A stretch of DNA of 64,000 bases, taken from NCBI RefSeq assembly GCF_041956535.1, contig NW_027192198.1:380714-444713 (forward strand), given 5' to 3'. The translations under genes were made by a program, and so were the position numbers. The stretch's first letter is position 1; the number at the start of each line of letters is the position of its first letter. The notes below the pieces were generated by a model that worked only from the letters and a program-made list of their open reading frames with translations, ran no database searches and was not told where the DNA came from. This DNA comes from Calcarisporiella thermophila CBS 279.70. Taxonomy: Eukaryota; Fungi; Calcarisporiellomycota. Shown here in pieces: positions 36,337 to 51,999 of the stretch.

Positions 36337-37131
36337 CCCCTCCTCCCCCCCCCCCTAATGGCATTAGATTGAATACTTTCGTGTTTCCTGCCTATTTTCT
36401 GTTTCTTTACATGTTTATACTTTACTTTTTTTTTCAACCAGACAATATATATTACTGTACTTTACTTCATTTCATCTGTGCTCTAGTTTGTTTTTGTTTT
36501 TTTTTGCCTCTTCTAAGGGAGGCGCAGGGCGCGTGCCTCTGCAGTCTCTCCTTCTCTCCATTTTCCAACTTTACAATGCTCTTCCTTTACACTGGTGTTT
36601 ATTCTTTATTTTGAATTATAAAAAAAATAAAACAAAGACCATGCTTGCCGAATGGATGCTGTGCAGCAAAATAGAGAGATAGGAGCAATAGAGTGGAAAG
36701 GGAACACTAAAGGAAATCGCCACAGGACGACAGGAGAGCGGAGACGGCAAGGGGAGAGGTCGGGTATGTTGGCGAGTGGAGAGAAGAAAAAAGAGGCCTG
36801 TTGTAAAGTGGAAATAAATATAGACAAAGCATTGGGTGGGGTATGTGTATATTGCAAAGATCAGGAAAAAGTGGTGGGAGGGGGTGCATAGGGTGAAAGG
36901 GGAATATGACTTTGCACAAAATAGTGGGCGAGGAGAAGCCGGGATGGATTAAGAAATAAAATAGAGATAGAGTAGAGAGTGCCAAGTCGAGCTTCTACAA
37001 GACTAACCAACGGCCCTCTGACCCGGAAGAGGGGCTCGGTTGAGTGCTTTGGATTCGTCCAAGTGACTCGGTCAGCGAAAAAGGGGCTTGGGGGCTAGCC
37101 TTAGAGGTGATTGCCCCTTGGCTGACTTCCT

Positions 37132-40100
37132 TTATCTGCCCGTATTTCGCTCGGGGTCGGACTCGCCAAGCTCTTTTCCCTCCTCGTTTTCCTCCAGGCT
37201 ATCGATGCTGATCTCCAAGGGGTCTGCGGATCTCCTCAGGGGAGATCGGTCGACCGCTCTAAATGGATCGGATGCGGCCAGCTGAGATGGTAACTGCAGA
37301 GGGCTGGGAGGCGGCGAAAACCGATTGGAATGCAGTCTCACACGATGCGCCTTGGGCGACATTCTGGGGGAGGCGGAGAGGAGTTTGGGGAGAAGGCCCG
37401 TGCCCAGGATCATCTTGGGGGAGCTGGGGGGGAGGTGGGAGGACCACCGAGGGGCAAGCGGGGTGGATTGCGAGCTATTCGGCGGGTGGATGTGAGAGAC
37501 GCTAGCGGAGGTGGAGTTAGAGGGGCCTGTAGGGGCGAGATGGAGGTCGGGGTGGATGTGGTCCTCCCGGAGGTGCTCAGAAGACTCTACGAATAGGGAA
37601 GACCCAGCCGTTAGACACCATTGGGGTGAAGGAAGAAGAAAGAGACCATCACTCCGATGCAGGAGGGTGCTCACCTCGAGAGAACCCGGTCACTGGCCCA
37701 GGGTATGAGCTAAGGAAATGGAGGAAGTGGTCCTTGTTCCACCCTTCTAGCTCCCACACTCCCTTGTTGGTGCGCAGGGTTGCTTCGCACCGCTCCAAAT
37801 GCCTGACGACGATTTCCGTGGAGCTGATGCGCAGCAGCGCGAGACAATGCGCATCGCCCTGCGTTTTGGATTTACGCAGCATCAACATCCAGTCCAAGTC
37901 GCTGAGTATGAGAAGCTGGATCCGCCGCCAAGGGCGCAGAAAGCCATTGCGCCGCACGTTAAAGCCCCACTTCGACGACTAGCAACCGAAAAGGAAACAC
38001 AAAGAAAGGTCAGCTCTTTCCGTATCAACTGAAGACGGGAAAGGTGATTTTTTTTGGAGGGGGGGGGGGGTGAGGTTAAGCCAACTAGACATGGCTTAAA
38101 TCCAATAGCAAAAGTTACCTTTATCTTCTTCACCCATCTTGACTTAGAGTCCTCGCGGTGGCAGGTGAGCGCGGCCGGCGAGAGCTCGAAGTTGGCGAGG
38201 CTATTGTTTCCATCCTGTGCCACCGCTTCGGGCTGAGCACCCGTAATAAGCTTGAAAAAGTGGGGGCTCTCGATAACGTCGTTGCCTAATGGACTGTCGG
38301 GCGCCATCCCCGCGTTGAGTGGGTCCTCCATGGCGGCGCCGCTATTCCGCCTGATTATAAAGTGCAGCTTGGTCCAGAAGAGGAGCACAGTGCACGAAAA
38401 GACGCAGAGGAGAATCACCGACGATCGCAGGCTGAACTGCGCGTAGATGTTCACCGAGGGGATGTAGATAACTTGAAAGCCATGAAAGCATCGAAAATGG
38501 GAGGTTAGATATCTAATAGGGCCAGGGTGGATGTCTCGTTTTCTTCGCTTCCCCCACTTACCGGAGATCATGGCCAGAACGGGGACCGAGACGGTGTACA
38601 CCGAAAAGGAGATGAGCCTGCTTTCGTTGAAGGCGAAGTTGCGCACGTTGCGAGTCTTCCACGCGAAGATCAGGCAGCTGATGAGGAGCATGGCGTTGAA
38701 GCCGTACAGGAGCGTCAGCATGGTGATCTGGACGGTGTCGGAGGAGGAGACGCAAACCTCCTGGTAATCCTTGAAGCCATGAAAGAGGCGCGGCGTGGGG
38801 CTATCGATTCCAAACCAAATGCCATTCAGAATCTAAGATGAATCAGAGCGCACACAGGTCAAGTCAACCATCCATCCCCTCCCCGGGCCACATAATTCCT
38901 TTGTACTCACGATCTCCACGGCCAGGATGACGCCTCCCAGCGCTAAGAGGCGGCTATCCGGCACCGCCTTATTGACCACCATGGCCTTTTCTACAGAGAG
39001 CCAAATATTCCAGTCAAGATGCAATGGGGTGGGCCAATTTCCAGATTCCCGCTTACCAAAGATCTCGTAAATTCGGTACGTTTTGGCGAGCAGCATGCTG
39101 GATTCCGTTTGAAAGCAAGAGGCATGGTTTAGTCAACATTAGCGAAGTCCCGAGGAGGGGCCCAGTCCAGTCCCACCTACCCAAACACCAGTCCAAACGA
39201 GCAGCTGAGCACGATGGGGATTAGCCTACACTTGAACTCGGAAAGCCTCCCCAGATAGAGAAACACGTTCGTCAACGCGAGAAGCATGCCCGCCGCCATC
39301 AGGCACAAGAACAGGGGGCTCGCCGCCCGAACGACGGGGTGTGCACGATACTGCCAGATGATCACCAACGAGGTGGCCACCATGACCAGGAAGACCAGGG
39401 TGAGGGCGATGAAGAAGAGCCCGAGCGGGGAGCCGTACTCGATGACGATGGGCTGGGCCGGCTCCGAACAGTTGCCGTAGCGGTGGTTGGTGTACTCGAT
39501 GGGGCATTGGCACTGGACGTCGGCGGGTTGGAAGGCTCCGTCCATTTCACACGCGCCGTGCGCACACCCCACATCGCACGGCGAGCGCCCAAAGAGCGGC
39601 CGTCCCTGCCAGGTGAATTCGGTTCGGAGGAGGCCCAGCACTTGGTCGGTGACGGCGGAGATCGGCGCCACAAATTTGTAGCTCTGCAGGATGCTCTGCG
39701 CGGTGGGGTCCGTGTACGTCCACCACAAGAAGCGGAGGGCCTTCCGCATCCTCTCGGGGTCGGGCCAGTTGCGGGTGTGCAGAATGAGGTACGCGTAGCC
39801 GCACATCGGGTAGGACTCCGGGCTGGGGCCGTCCACGATGGCGGTGGGAGGGAAGGAGGCGCTGAGCGCAAAATCCTTCATGGCGCTCTCGATGCTGGTC
39901 TTGTTGGGCCAGGTCATGAGGCCCTGGCGGTTGAGGACAATGGCGCGCTTCAGCCCGTTGGTCTGGACGTCGGCATCGTCCATGTACCCGATCGAATAGT
40001 TGAGGGCGTAGATAAACTTGCCGATGCCGCTGTTCAGCGCCGCCCGCAGGTCCTTTCGTGGCCAGTTCGGCAGCGTGCTCGCCCCGACCCTCTCGGCCCA

Positions 40101-40913
40101 TGCGGGGCTGAAGGCGGAGAGGGCCGACGTGAACATGTAGGTCGTGCCGCTGCCGTCCTCGCGCACCACCAAGCGAATGGTTTCGTTGGGCAGGTGGACG
40201 CCGTGGTTGGTGCTCTGGATCAGGGGATCCGACCAGGTCATCACCGAGCCATTGAAGATCCCCACGATGGCCTCGCGAGAGAGGACGATGGGCGGGGCCT
40301 TCTTCAGCTCCGGAATGTTGTACGCAATCGAAATGGCGCCGGCCATCGTGGGCAGCATTCTCTAGGTTGCAAGACCATGTGTTATTAATTGTCTTTCTGT
40401 TTAGAAACGGTCATCAAAGCGAAAATTTCCGCGACAGAGTCTGAAGAGAGGGCATACCAAGTCATCCGAGTTTCGATAGTGGGTCGCGTTGAGGGGCGCC
40501 TCGCTCCCCGCGAAATCGACCGTGCCTGGCCCGGTGATCGCGTCGATGCCGGCCTGTGAGCCTATCGCCTCATAAGACACGACCACTTGCTCGTACGGAC
40601 GCGCATTATAAGTGATGGTCCACGCCGAATAGACGCTAAAAGGGAAGCTCCCACCCGCGCCTTTAATGTGGGTGATGTTCGAGTTGTCGGGAGTTTCAGA
40701 AACGAGGTTATGTGGATTGCGAGCTTCAAGACGGGTGAGAGGGAGGAAAGATGGGGGGCGGGGTTAGCGCGAAATTCGGGTTTAGGGTCATCCAATCTCA
40801 CACTCACATTCAGGCAACGCAGAGCAAAGTGGGTTCGATATGAGCCAAACGACAATGACAATAGTTAAATAGCGCCAAACATGAAGAGACCTGTGCGTCT
40901 GGCGCCTCGGCAT
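37132..40913 (-). CDS. PstS-type phosphate-binding protein fused to an EGF-like module and a class C (7tm_3) GPCR, multi-exon
   Basis: Signal peptide (MPRRQ...YLTIVIVVWLISNPLCSA). PstS motifs KGAGGSFP, YEAIGSQAG, VDFAGSEAPL, WSDPLI, VVREDGSGTT, SIGY, SYPMCGY. Six-Cys EGF-like module. 7TM motifs YRAHPVVRAASPLFL, LLAKTYRIYEIF, FAWKTRNV..FNESRLI. The 3' end is less certain. Confidence 0.9.
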
Positions 40914-42870
40914 GCGTGGAATTAGTAGCAATGGGGCATGGAGCGCTCAAAAGTTCATGAAATCCCGCGCACTTCGGGTCAGCGTTGCTTTGTACGCCAA
41001 GTCAAAGAGAAGCGCCGTAGGAAGCCGGTTTGCTTTTATTCGGGTAGTTGGATTGAAATGTAGAAGGGGGAGGACGTATAGGTATGGGGGAGCGGGGAGA
41101 CGGAGAACCCAACGGCTGGGGAGCAGTGGTAGTAGAGAAGAGGAGGGCGGCGGGGGGGAGGGGGGGAGAGGGTGAGGAGAGCCGAACGCTATGATGTAAA
41201 AAAGATCATTTATTGAAAACACAAAGTGGCGGTGTGGCGGTTCCATTCCAACAACTACTCTAGATTTGCGAGGGCACGCGGGGGCTAGCCTCCATCTAAC
41301 GGCTGAATTTTTTAAGGTTCCAGCAGAGGGGGCGGCCGCCTGCCATCGCAAGACATAAGGAATTTCTGCAAAAAGCAGGGGCGAGATTCGTGCCCGCGAG
41401 AGGCCAGATGATTGGACTCGGCCAAACCTCTTAGGGAACTTTATGGCAGAAACTCCCCTCCTCCGCTCTAAAGCAAGATACCTCCTAGGCTTGCTTTATA
41501 TGGGACGTCTGGTTCCTAGCCGCAAATGTTAATCTTGCCATCGGGAGCCGAGGAGGGCGATATCCTGCCGATATACTCAGCGCTCCGCGGATGGGTCCCC
41601 CACAGGTCTACGTCATAGGTGCGTAGCAGCATTCCCGGTTGCTTCCCCCGTGTCCATGCGGCTTGCCTCTACACAAGGGGCGGGAAAATGTAGGCGTTAT
41701 CTGAATAAACAAGCCGGAGATTGGATTCATCACCTGCAAGGCATCGGCGCCCTTGGCCATACCGGACGTAGTTGTCATCCATCTCTGCACTGTGAGGAAC
41801 GCTGCGGCAGGCGGGTCCACTGTACGCATCAAGCTCGTCTTGGTAACTTAGACCCGGAAGTTTGGGATTGGTACAAGAGGCAACCTTCCATTCTGCTAGC
41901 TTTCGATCTCCACATTTTTGGAAGAAAACTAGCAAGAAAGAGCAGGCGAAACCCAATTCATGGACGCTGCGTGTGGGATAGCGAGTTGACCCGGCAACCA
42001 TTTTCAGGAGAAGGGCTCAATTAGAAGGGAAGTTCGATCCCGTCCATAGGAGCTCCAGAATGCTCGAGGGTGATTATTTTGGGGTGGATAATCCTTCAGT
42101 TAGAAAGGCATACATATAGGCGGTAATGCCAAATATGGCCAAGATAGCTTTGTGATGAAGAGCGCATAATAAAAACATAGAATGCTCCATCCCAAATCAA
42201 CCCGGTCTCGCTCGCTTTTGCAATCGACTCTGAATAGTGGGCGATAGCGCTCTATTCGAATCTGTAACAGGGGCCAAAATGTACCAATGTGGTGCAGGGG
42301 GAGACGAGGGAAGGCATCACATGGGATAGATCGTGTTTTCTTATTCACACTTTACTATCTGGATCTTGGATTCCAGGCGGGAGTTAATTTCCACTGCGAG
42401 CGTCGCCAACTAAGAACGCCCGGTGGAAGCCGACTGGGCCTCCAGGGGGGGAGGGGGTGGGAGAGAAACATGGTTGGTTGGCAGGAAGAATGCAGGGGGA
42501 TGTACAGTGTAAATTAGAAGCGAGCACAAGTGTTGCCAAAGCTTCTTATCTATTTCCACGATGAGCATCGAGCTTCTTAGTTCTCTCCGGAGTTCCAATG
42601 CAGCCCCCTCCCCCCTCCCCCTCTCGATGGAATGTGGTGTGATGCTAAAGGCCCAGAAATCTCGTTTCTCAGGCTTCGGGCCAATCTCGACCCTTTATTT
42701 GTGGCTTACTGCTGACATCACACGGCCCGCTTTCATCGAGCTTTAGTGCAAGGGTTTATTGTTTATTATCGCTCTCGACCTCGTGGAGAAAAAACGTTCA
42801 GACCGGTCGAGGCTGCCTTCGTACTTGTGCTGCTTTTATCTACATTGCGATCTCTATAATCCTATCCCAA

Positions 42871-43956
<1,086 letters not shown>

Positions 43957-44663
43957 ACGCGTGGCTTCTTACGGAAAGGATCCATTGTAGATTATTACGC
44001 CTTTTTTTCCGGTTCCTTGTTTCCTCCCCTCCTCCCCCTCTCCCCTCCTCCTCCCAAGCCTCCTCCTTCTTCCTCTTGATGGGCCTTGTTTTCCTTTTTT
44101 TTCTTCCTCCTCCTCTTCTTGGGAGCGAGTGGAAATAATAACACTGGTTTTGACACAACGCCTTTGGTGACGGAGCAATTGGAAGCGGTGTCGCACTTCA
44201 CCTTCACCCTGCACCCAATGGCTGCATGGCAAATGATTTGGGGTGGGACAGGTGCAACGCGAGAGGACAAACGAAATTCGCGGACGGGCCGGCTTGGGCT
44301 TCCATTCCAGATACCTCCCGTTTCAGTTCGGTAACCAAACCAGCTCCGCGGCCCTCCTCCAGCCGCTGCTACCATGCCCCGCTTCTAGATCGAGTGTGTC
44401 TGCTGACCATCGCATTCCCCTGCATCGCCTCCCCACGCCATTTGCTGTCGGCTCCTCGCATTGCCTTCATCGTCCGCGCCGACGGCGGCCTGCATCCCCC
44501 CTCCCCCCCCCCCCGTTAGATCCACTGCAATCTGATTCATCTAGCATCTCTGCACCTCCACCTTGTCTTCATAGCTTATTTCATACGCTTACTCTAGTTT
44601 AATATTGTGTTTCTACCGGATCTTTGACCGGCTAATTGGGATCCCCGCGGCCATCGAACCACA

Positions 44664-46933
<2,270 letters not shown>

Positions 46934-47196
46934 TCTCTCTAATTTAGTATTTAATGACATATCTCCGCTATATCTCCTCATTTTTTCTTTTTCTATTCAT
47001 CTCACCCCCTCACTCTTACTCCCTCTCCCTTTCTATACAAATAAGTATATGATATATAGATTTATATATATACACATATGGCCTTCTCCCCCCCCCACCC
47101 TTGTTCTTTGTCCCAGCGCTGTATTTGTTTTATCTTCTGTTTGTCCCTCACACTGTACTGGAATTCACACATTAAACGCATTGTCCGCTCTCGAGG

Positions 47197-48590
47197 TCAA
47201 ATCCAGAGGTTCTGCGCGACCTTCACCCTGAGGGGTGGTTCAAACCGGCCATCCAATAGGCGCGCAGCAGGACATGACCTCCCTGCTGTGCTCTTGGGCG
47301 CCTTTCTTTTTCCAATGGCTTCTTTCTCTAAGGTTCTTTTCCAAGTCCTCCAAAAACTGGCCCACCGCGCTTTCATGCTGCAGCTGCATTGGCCGGAATT
47401 GGAATGATGCTTCTGGCAGAAATCTTGGCCTCTCTCTGCACATGTGAACCAGCTCATGGACAGGGTCGACGACACTCTTGGCTGAATGAAATCCACCGGG
47501 CAGTTGCCAACCAAGAGCCAAAAGCCAAAGGGGGGGGGGATCACTGATTTAGATTGTGAACAGCTCCAGTCCTATTTTGGGCAAATGACCCTCCAAGTTG
47601 CACTCCCCCTCATAAATGTCTTACCGGTCCATGAATTTGTTACCTCGCTTCTGTTCTACAGGAGTATGACATAATCGAAAAAGAAGCTGCTTTAGAGAAA
47701 GGTCTCTGCTCCCTTCACGTCCACTGTTGGACCGATAACCGAGAGTTTAATTGCAGCTTAATCGATTTGGCGTTGGGAACACTATTCCTTCTGAATTCCA
47801 AGTCATCCCACCCCCCCCCCCCTCGGCCCTCCAGAGCCGCTTATCGGCATCTCTCGTCGCGAAAGGTTTACCGCGCTTGCTCTCCATTGGCACCCTTTCT
47901 GAGCGGCTCGTATGGATGCCATTGATCATTTTTCCGGATTTCCCCCACAAACATGTGGTGGGACAATGAGTCGCATGCACCTTCTGCATCATTTCGTTTG
48001 TGTATCGACCACCAATCCCTTGGAGATAGGCGTGCTTGTGGACGCGCTAGCACGCCAGGAGGAGCCGGGAGAGGCGGGGCGTTTCCTTTTGGTTTCCTCC
48101 TCCTCCCCTCTACCGTCGTTTCGGGGAAAAGCTGGGATCTCGTCTCCAAGGGACGTTCGTGGCTGCAGCATCCCCAAACGATAGCGGGCTGGAAAATGCC
48201 TGGAGGCGATCCATTGGAGTACACCATCCCTGTGCCGAATTCTGTGCTATTTTTTCATATTCTGCTTGGACAGAGCCAAGTTTAAGTGCGCATAAGTTTT
48301 AATCTAATTTAATACCATTAAGTTTGGATTCCAGGATGATCCTGCGGGAGCCCGTCATACCGCCACATCGCCTTGAGATCACCTCGCTCAGGCCTTGCTC
48401 CTCTCCCCTTCCTCGCATGAGACCGGTGGGAAGGGTGAGGGGGGAGGTGTCTAGCACCAAACCCGTTCGATTCAAGTCATATGCCTCCTCCCCCCCCCTC
48501 TTCCCTGCTCTAGTTAGACAAAGCGTATGTCCATGGAAACCGAGCTTACCTTTTTCGGGTGATTCCGATTCGATTCATCGATGGCCCATG
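47197..48590 (-). CDS. Possible multi-exon low-complexity gene
   Basis: A series of short open segments on the minus strand bounded by plausible GT/AG sites (e.g. ...QLQHESAVGQFLEDLEKNLRERSHW...). No full model and no domain. Confidence 0.25.
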
Positions 48591-48946
48591 GTGGTCACAC
48601 AGGCTCTCCCCCACAAAAATGCAAAACCAAAATGATCCTTTGACGCGTCAGATTCCTTATCGCCAAACAATATTTATGTAACACCTTATTAGTCAATCCA
48701 AATCTGTACTCTGAGATAAAAGGATGATAATGGAAAAGTTAAACTTATTTGTGGCTCTCGTATATATTTGACAGCGATGATTCGCACTTTTTTTTTCGTT
48801 TTATTTCATTGTTGTTTAGTTCTCCCTCCTTAAAGAGAGCCCTCCTTTCTCTTTCCCTCCACTGTCCCCCCCCCCCCCGCTTTCTTGCCCTAAGCTCAGC
48901 TGTGTTTTTTTCTTACTGAGGTCCCACCCCTTCGCCTTTGCACACC

Positions 48947-49186
48947 ATGTCCACCACGCCATCTCCTGGCAACAAGACCCATCCCTACATCAGTGCGTCC
49001 TCCCGCTTGACGACTCAGACCCTTCATACCGCCGCCAGCGAAGCCGCCAATTCTGGGCACAATACCGCCCTCAGCGCCGCCTGCTTTGCTTCTGGCCCAG
49101 GGAGTGGGCTGCAGGGCCCCACCTGGACCACACCTCCGCAAAAGATATCCGCCATATGGACAAGGCGCCGGGGGAGCAACCATTAG
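48947..49186 (+). CDS. Small hypothetical protein (79 aa)
   Basis: ATG in CACC context, TATA-like element at about 48761, and a pyrimidine-rich leader typical of genes in this window. Confidence 0.4.
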   Translation: MSTTPSPGNKTHPYISASSRLTTQTLHTAASEAANSGHNTALSAACFASGPGSGLQGPTWTTPPQKISAIWTRRRGSNH

Positions 49187-50147
49187 ATGGAAGGGGGTCA
49201 TGAGTAGGAGTAAAGAAGATAGTGAAGGAGGAAAAATATAATGCAAGGAAGAAAAGCATGGTTGATGCAACCGTCTCTCCAAAACGCACCCCCTCTGCTT
49301 TGTCGCCATTTTTGTTGAATACCGGTCTGAACCGTTGACTATTCTCACCCTTAGTTGTTGGCCGTGGGCAGCGACACATGCCCCCCCCCCCCTCTCGTAG
49401 GATTCGCCAAATCCCCCTTTCAGTTGTACATTCTTCTTATAACTTGGCTTAGGTGTTCCCCCCCTCCCCTTCCTCTCCCATTCATGCTTTTGTCTCTATT
49501 TCAATGCATTAATAGAAATAGTGCTGGTTCTTTCCCCTCCCGTTTTTCGTTACTAAAAGGAAATCGTTATCAGAAGTCAGGGTCATCTGATCACTCCCCC
49601 TGAGCTTCCCTCTCTTCAGAGGACAAGCGCCTGTGTCTTGAACTCAATTCAGGTGAGTTGTACTTGGGGAAGATTACACGGCGCACAGAAAGGGAGCTTT
49701 ATTTAGCATTCAGCTTCGATATCCATATTCGTTGCGGCCACAACACGGCCAAGCGGTTAGAGTTGGTTTAGAGTCAAGGAACAAAAGGGTGCAAAAAATA
49801 GGAACCGTGGCGGATGGCTAGAGAAATAGATAGATAGATAGATATATACAGACAGAAAGAGGCATGAAAAAAAAAAGTCAAGTCGTGGCTTAGCCTACTG
49901 AAGTATAGTATAGGAAGGAAACCATCAGTCCTAAGAGGGAGACAAAAGGAGAAAAGAAAAATACGATTGAGCTTACAAATACAGAAGGGGATGAAAGAGT
50001 GTTTTAAAGAGAACCAGAAACAAGAGTCCGCAAACAAGTAGAGAGTAAAATAAAGCGAGGAATATGAGAGAGGGGGGGGGGGGGTGAGAGTGGGGATGCG
50101 AGAGAAAGCATATTTAACTTTCGAACGCGTTTTGGGTTTATTTTTAA

Positions 50148-50768
50148 TTAATCCAGGAAGCGTCCCGTTAGGATAGCGTTCCGCATGGGGGAGGCCGGGC
50201 GGCATGGTATCTCCTCCTTAATTGGCTTGGTCCTGGAGTCCTTGGAGGATGGGTAGACGTGCGTAGTTGGGTGGGGAGCCATGACAGAAAGTGTGGGTAG
50301 AGTCTTTGATCTTTGATGACGCGATATGGATGCAGAGGTATCTGATGGGGTCACAGAGCAATGCATGTTAGAGCAAAATGCAAGGTTGTGAAAGGCATGC
50401 ACACTTACTGTTAGTTGGGTGTATAGAGGTCATGATGGTAAACGGATCCTGTGCCTTCGCGGGATGGGTTAATTCTTCGTGCGAGAAAGAGAAAAACAAC
50501 TACCTACCATGAGCGTGGCCGGCGGAGTGACGGAAAATGTTCCAGATGAGCGCCGCCGCGAAAACGAATTGGGGGGCGAGTTGTTTCCTAACGATGGCTG
50601 GGTGAAGAAGGGGTAGCTCATGGATGTAGCCGATGTGGGGGTGGGGGGCATGCCGGTGGGGGTGGTGGGAGAACAATTGTCATTGAGCCAGGTGAGGGTG
50701 AAGGGGGTGCGCGCGCTGCCCTGGGGGATGGGAATGGATAGAGGCCGAGGGCCGCGATTCTTATCCAT
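50148..50768 (-). CDS. Small Ser/Pro-rich protein, 3 exons
   Basis: MDKNRGPRPLSIPIP...TLM|AQDPFTIMTSIHPTN|...RPASPMRNAILTGRFLD* with GT-AG introns that keep frame. Confidence 0.7.
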
Positions 50769-51999
50769 CGTGTACTTAGGCGGCGAGGGCGGGGGCTTGA
50801 GTTACTGAGCTAGGCCTGCGTGGGATGGAGGGAGGGGGCGAAGGCGGTGGGGGGGAAGCGGACGAGCCAAGCGGTCCAGGAGGAGAAGAGAGGAGAGGAG
50901 AGCAAGAGCAGGAGCAAATCAATGTTCCCATGACCTCCTCGCTTTATCTGCCCAGTCAGAGGCAGGGTGGAACAGGGGGAAATTTGAGTTTCCACAGATC
51001 CTCTTTCGCGACAAAGTTTCACTTCCCGCTGTGGCAGTCCGCAAAATCAGGTCAGCGAGAATTGCAGGGGAGGCCGCCGCGTTAGGAAACCCGGCTCAGA
51101 ATCACTCGACTTAACAGGCTATATTCCATTCAACATGCAAGCGTATGCACCACCTCCTCCTCCTCTGTCCGTCTGGGAAATGGCGCGAAGAACACGAGCA
51201 ATGAGCGCCCGCTCGGCCCAACCTCTCGGCCCGCATCCCACCCTCCTGAATTGCCCTCTTTTGCGTCGCGCCTCTGACCTCCCCCTCCTGGCCCCCTCCT
51301 GACGCCGCTTCGACCCTGCCTCTCCCCCTGTTTCTGTTTCTACCCCAGCGGCCCTCCACACCCGGTCACGGCGTGGCCCTGGCATCCAAGGGGTTTCCTG
51401 CCACCCGAAGCTGATGGCTGAACTGAGTATGATGTCGCGCTCACGTGCCTCCAGAGTTTCCGGTTGAAGCCGCGACATGCTGAAGTCCAGTCGACCTGAG
51501 ATGAGGGTTTGGCATGGATGCCTTTTGAGTTTGCATAGACTCCTCTCCCGCAGAAGGTGGGCCGTGCTTGAGGAAGAGGCTGGCAGAGGGTCAGCCTAGT
51601 TGGCCGGAACCTGAAATGAAGCCGGAATTTCTCACGTTTTGGAGCGTGTCATTTTCCCAAGAGGTTTATCTGTCCTTGGGCTGCAGTGTCCCGTAACACC
51701 GTGCTTTGGCTCAGGGCGTGCTAGCCCAGAGCTTTTTTCCCCGTTTGGAGAGCTTAGAACCCTCCCCTGGACAGACAAACCAGAAGCCAAAATGTTTATT
51801 AGCGAGAGTGGGGGCTTTTTAACATACGCTAGAGCACTGGAAATGGGCCCATTCTTCAAGCCCACAGCCGACACTTTGATTAATAGGGTCGGACGTTATA
51901 TACCATTGTATATTGATGCGGCCGCGGTCTTAGTAGCACAGCGTGTCGGTGGGTCACAGGCATTGACCTTCTCGTAAAAACAAAGCATTCTCTACAAGT

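Noticed and set aside
39339-40388. 349-aa antisense ORF over the PstS-GPCR exon (likewise 27109-27873, 42854-43690, 24388-25071, 30016-30666)
   Set aside because: Shadow ORFs produced by GC-rich codon usage of the real gene on the opposite strand; no domain signal.
41450-42600. Short ORFs upstream of the GPCR as a further gene
   Set aside because: No consistent splice model or recognisable motif; could be a degenerate gene but cannot be supported.
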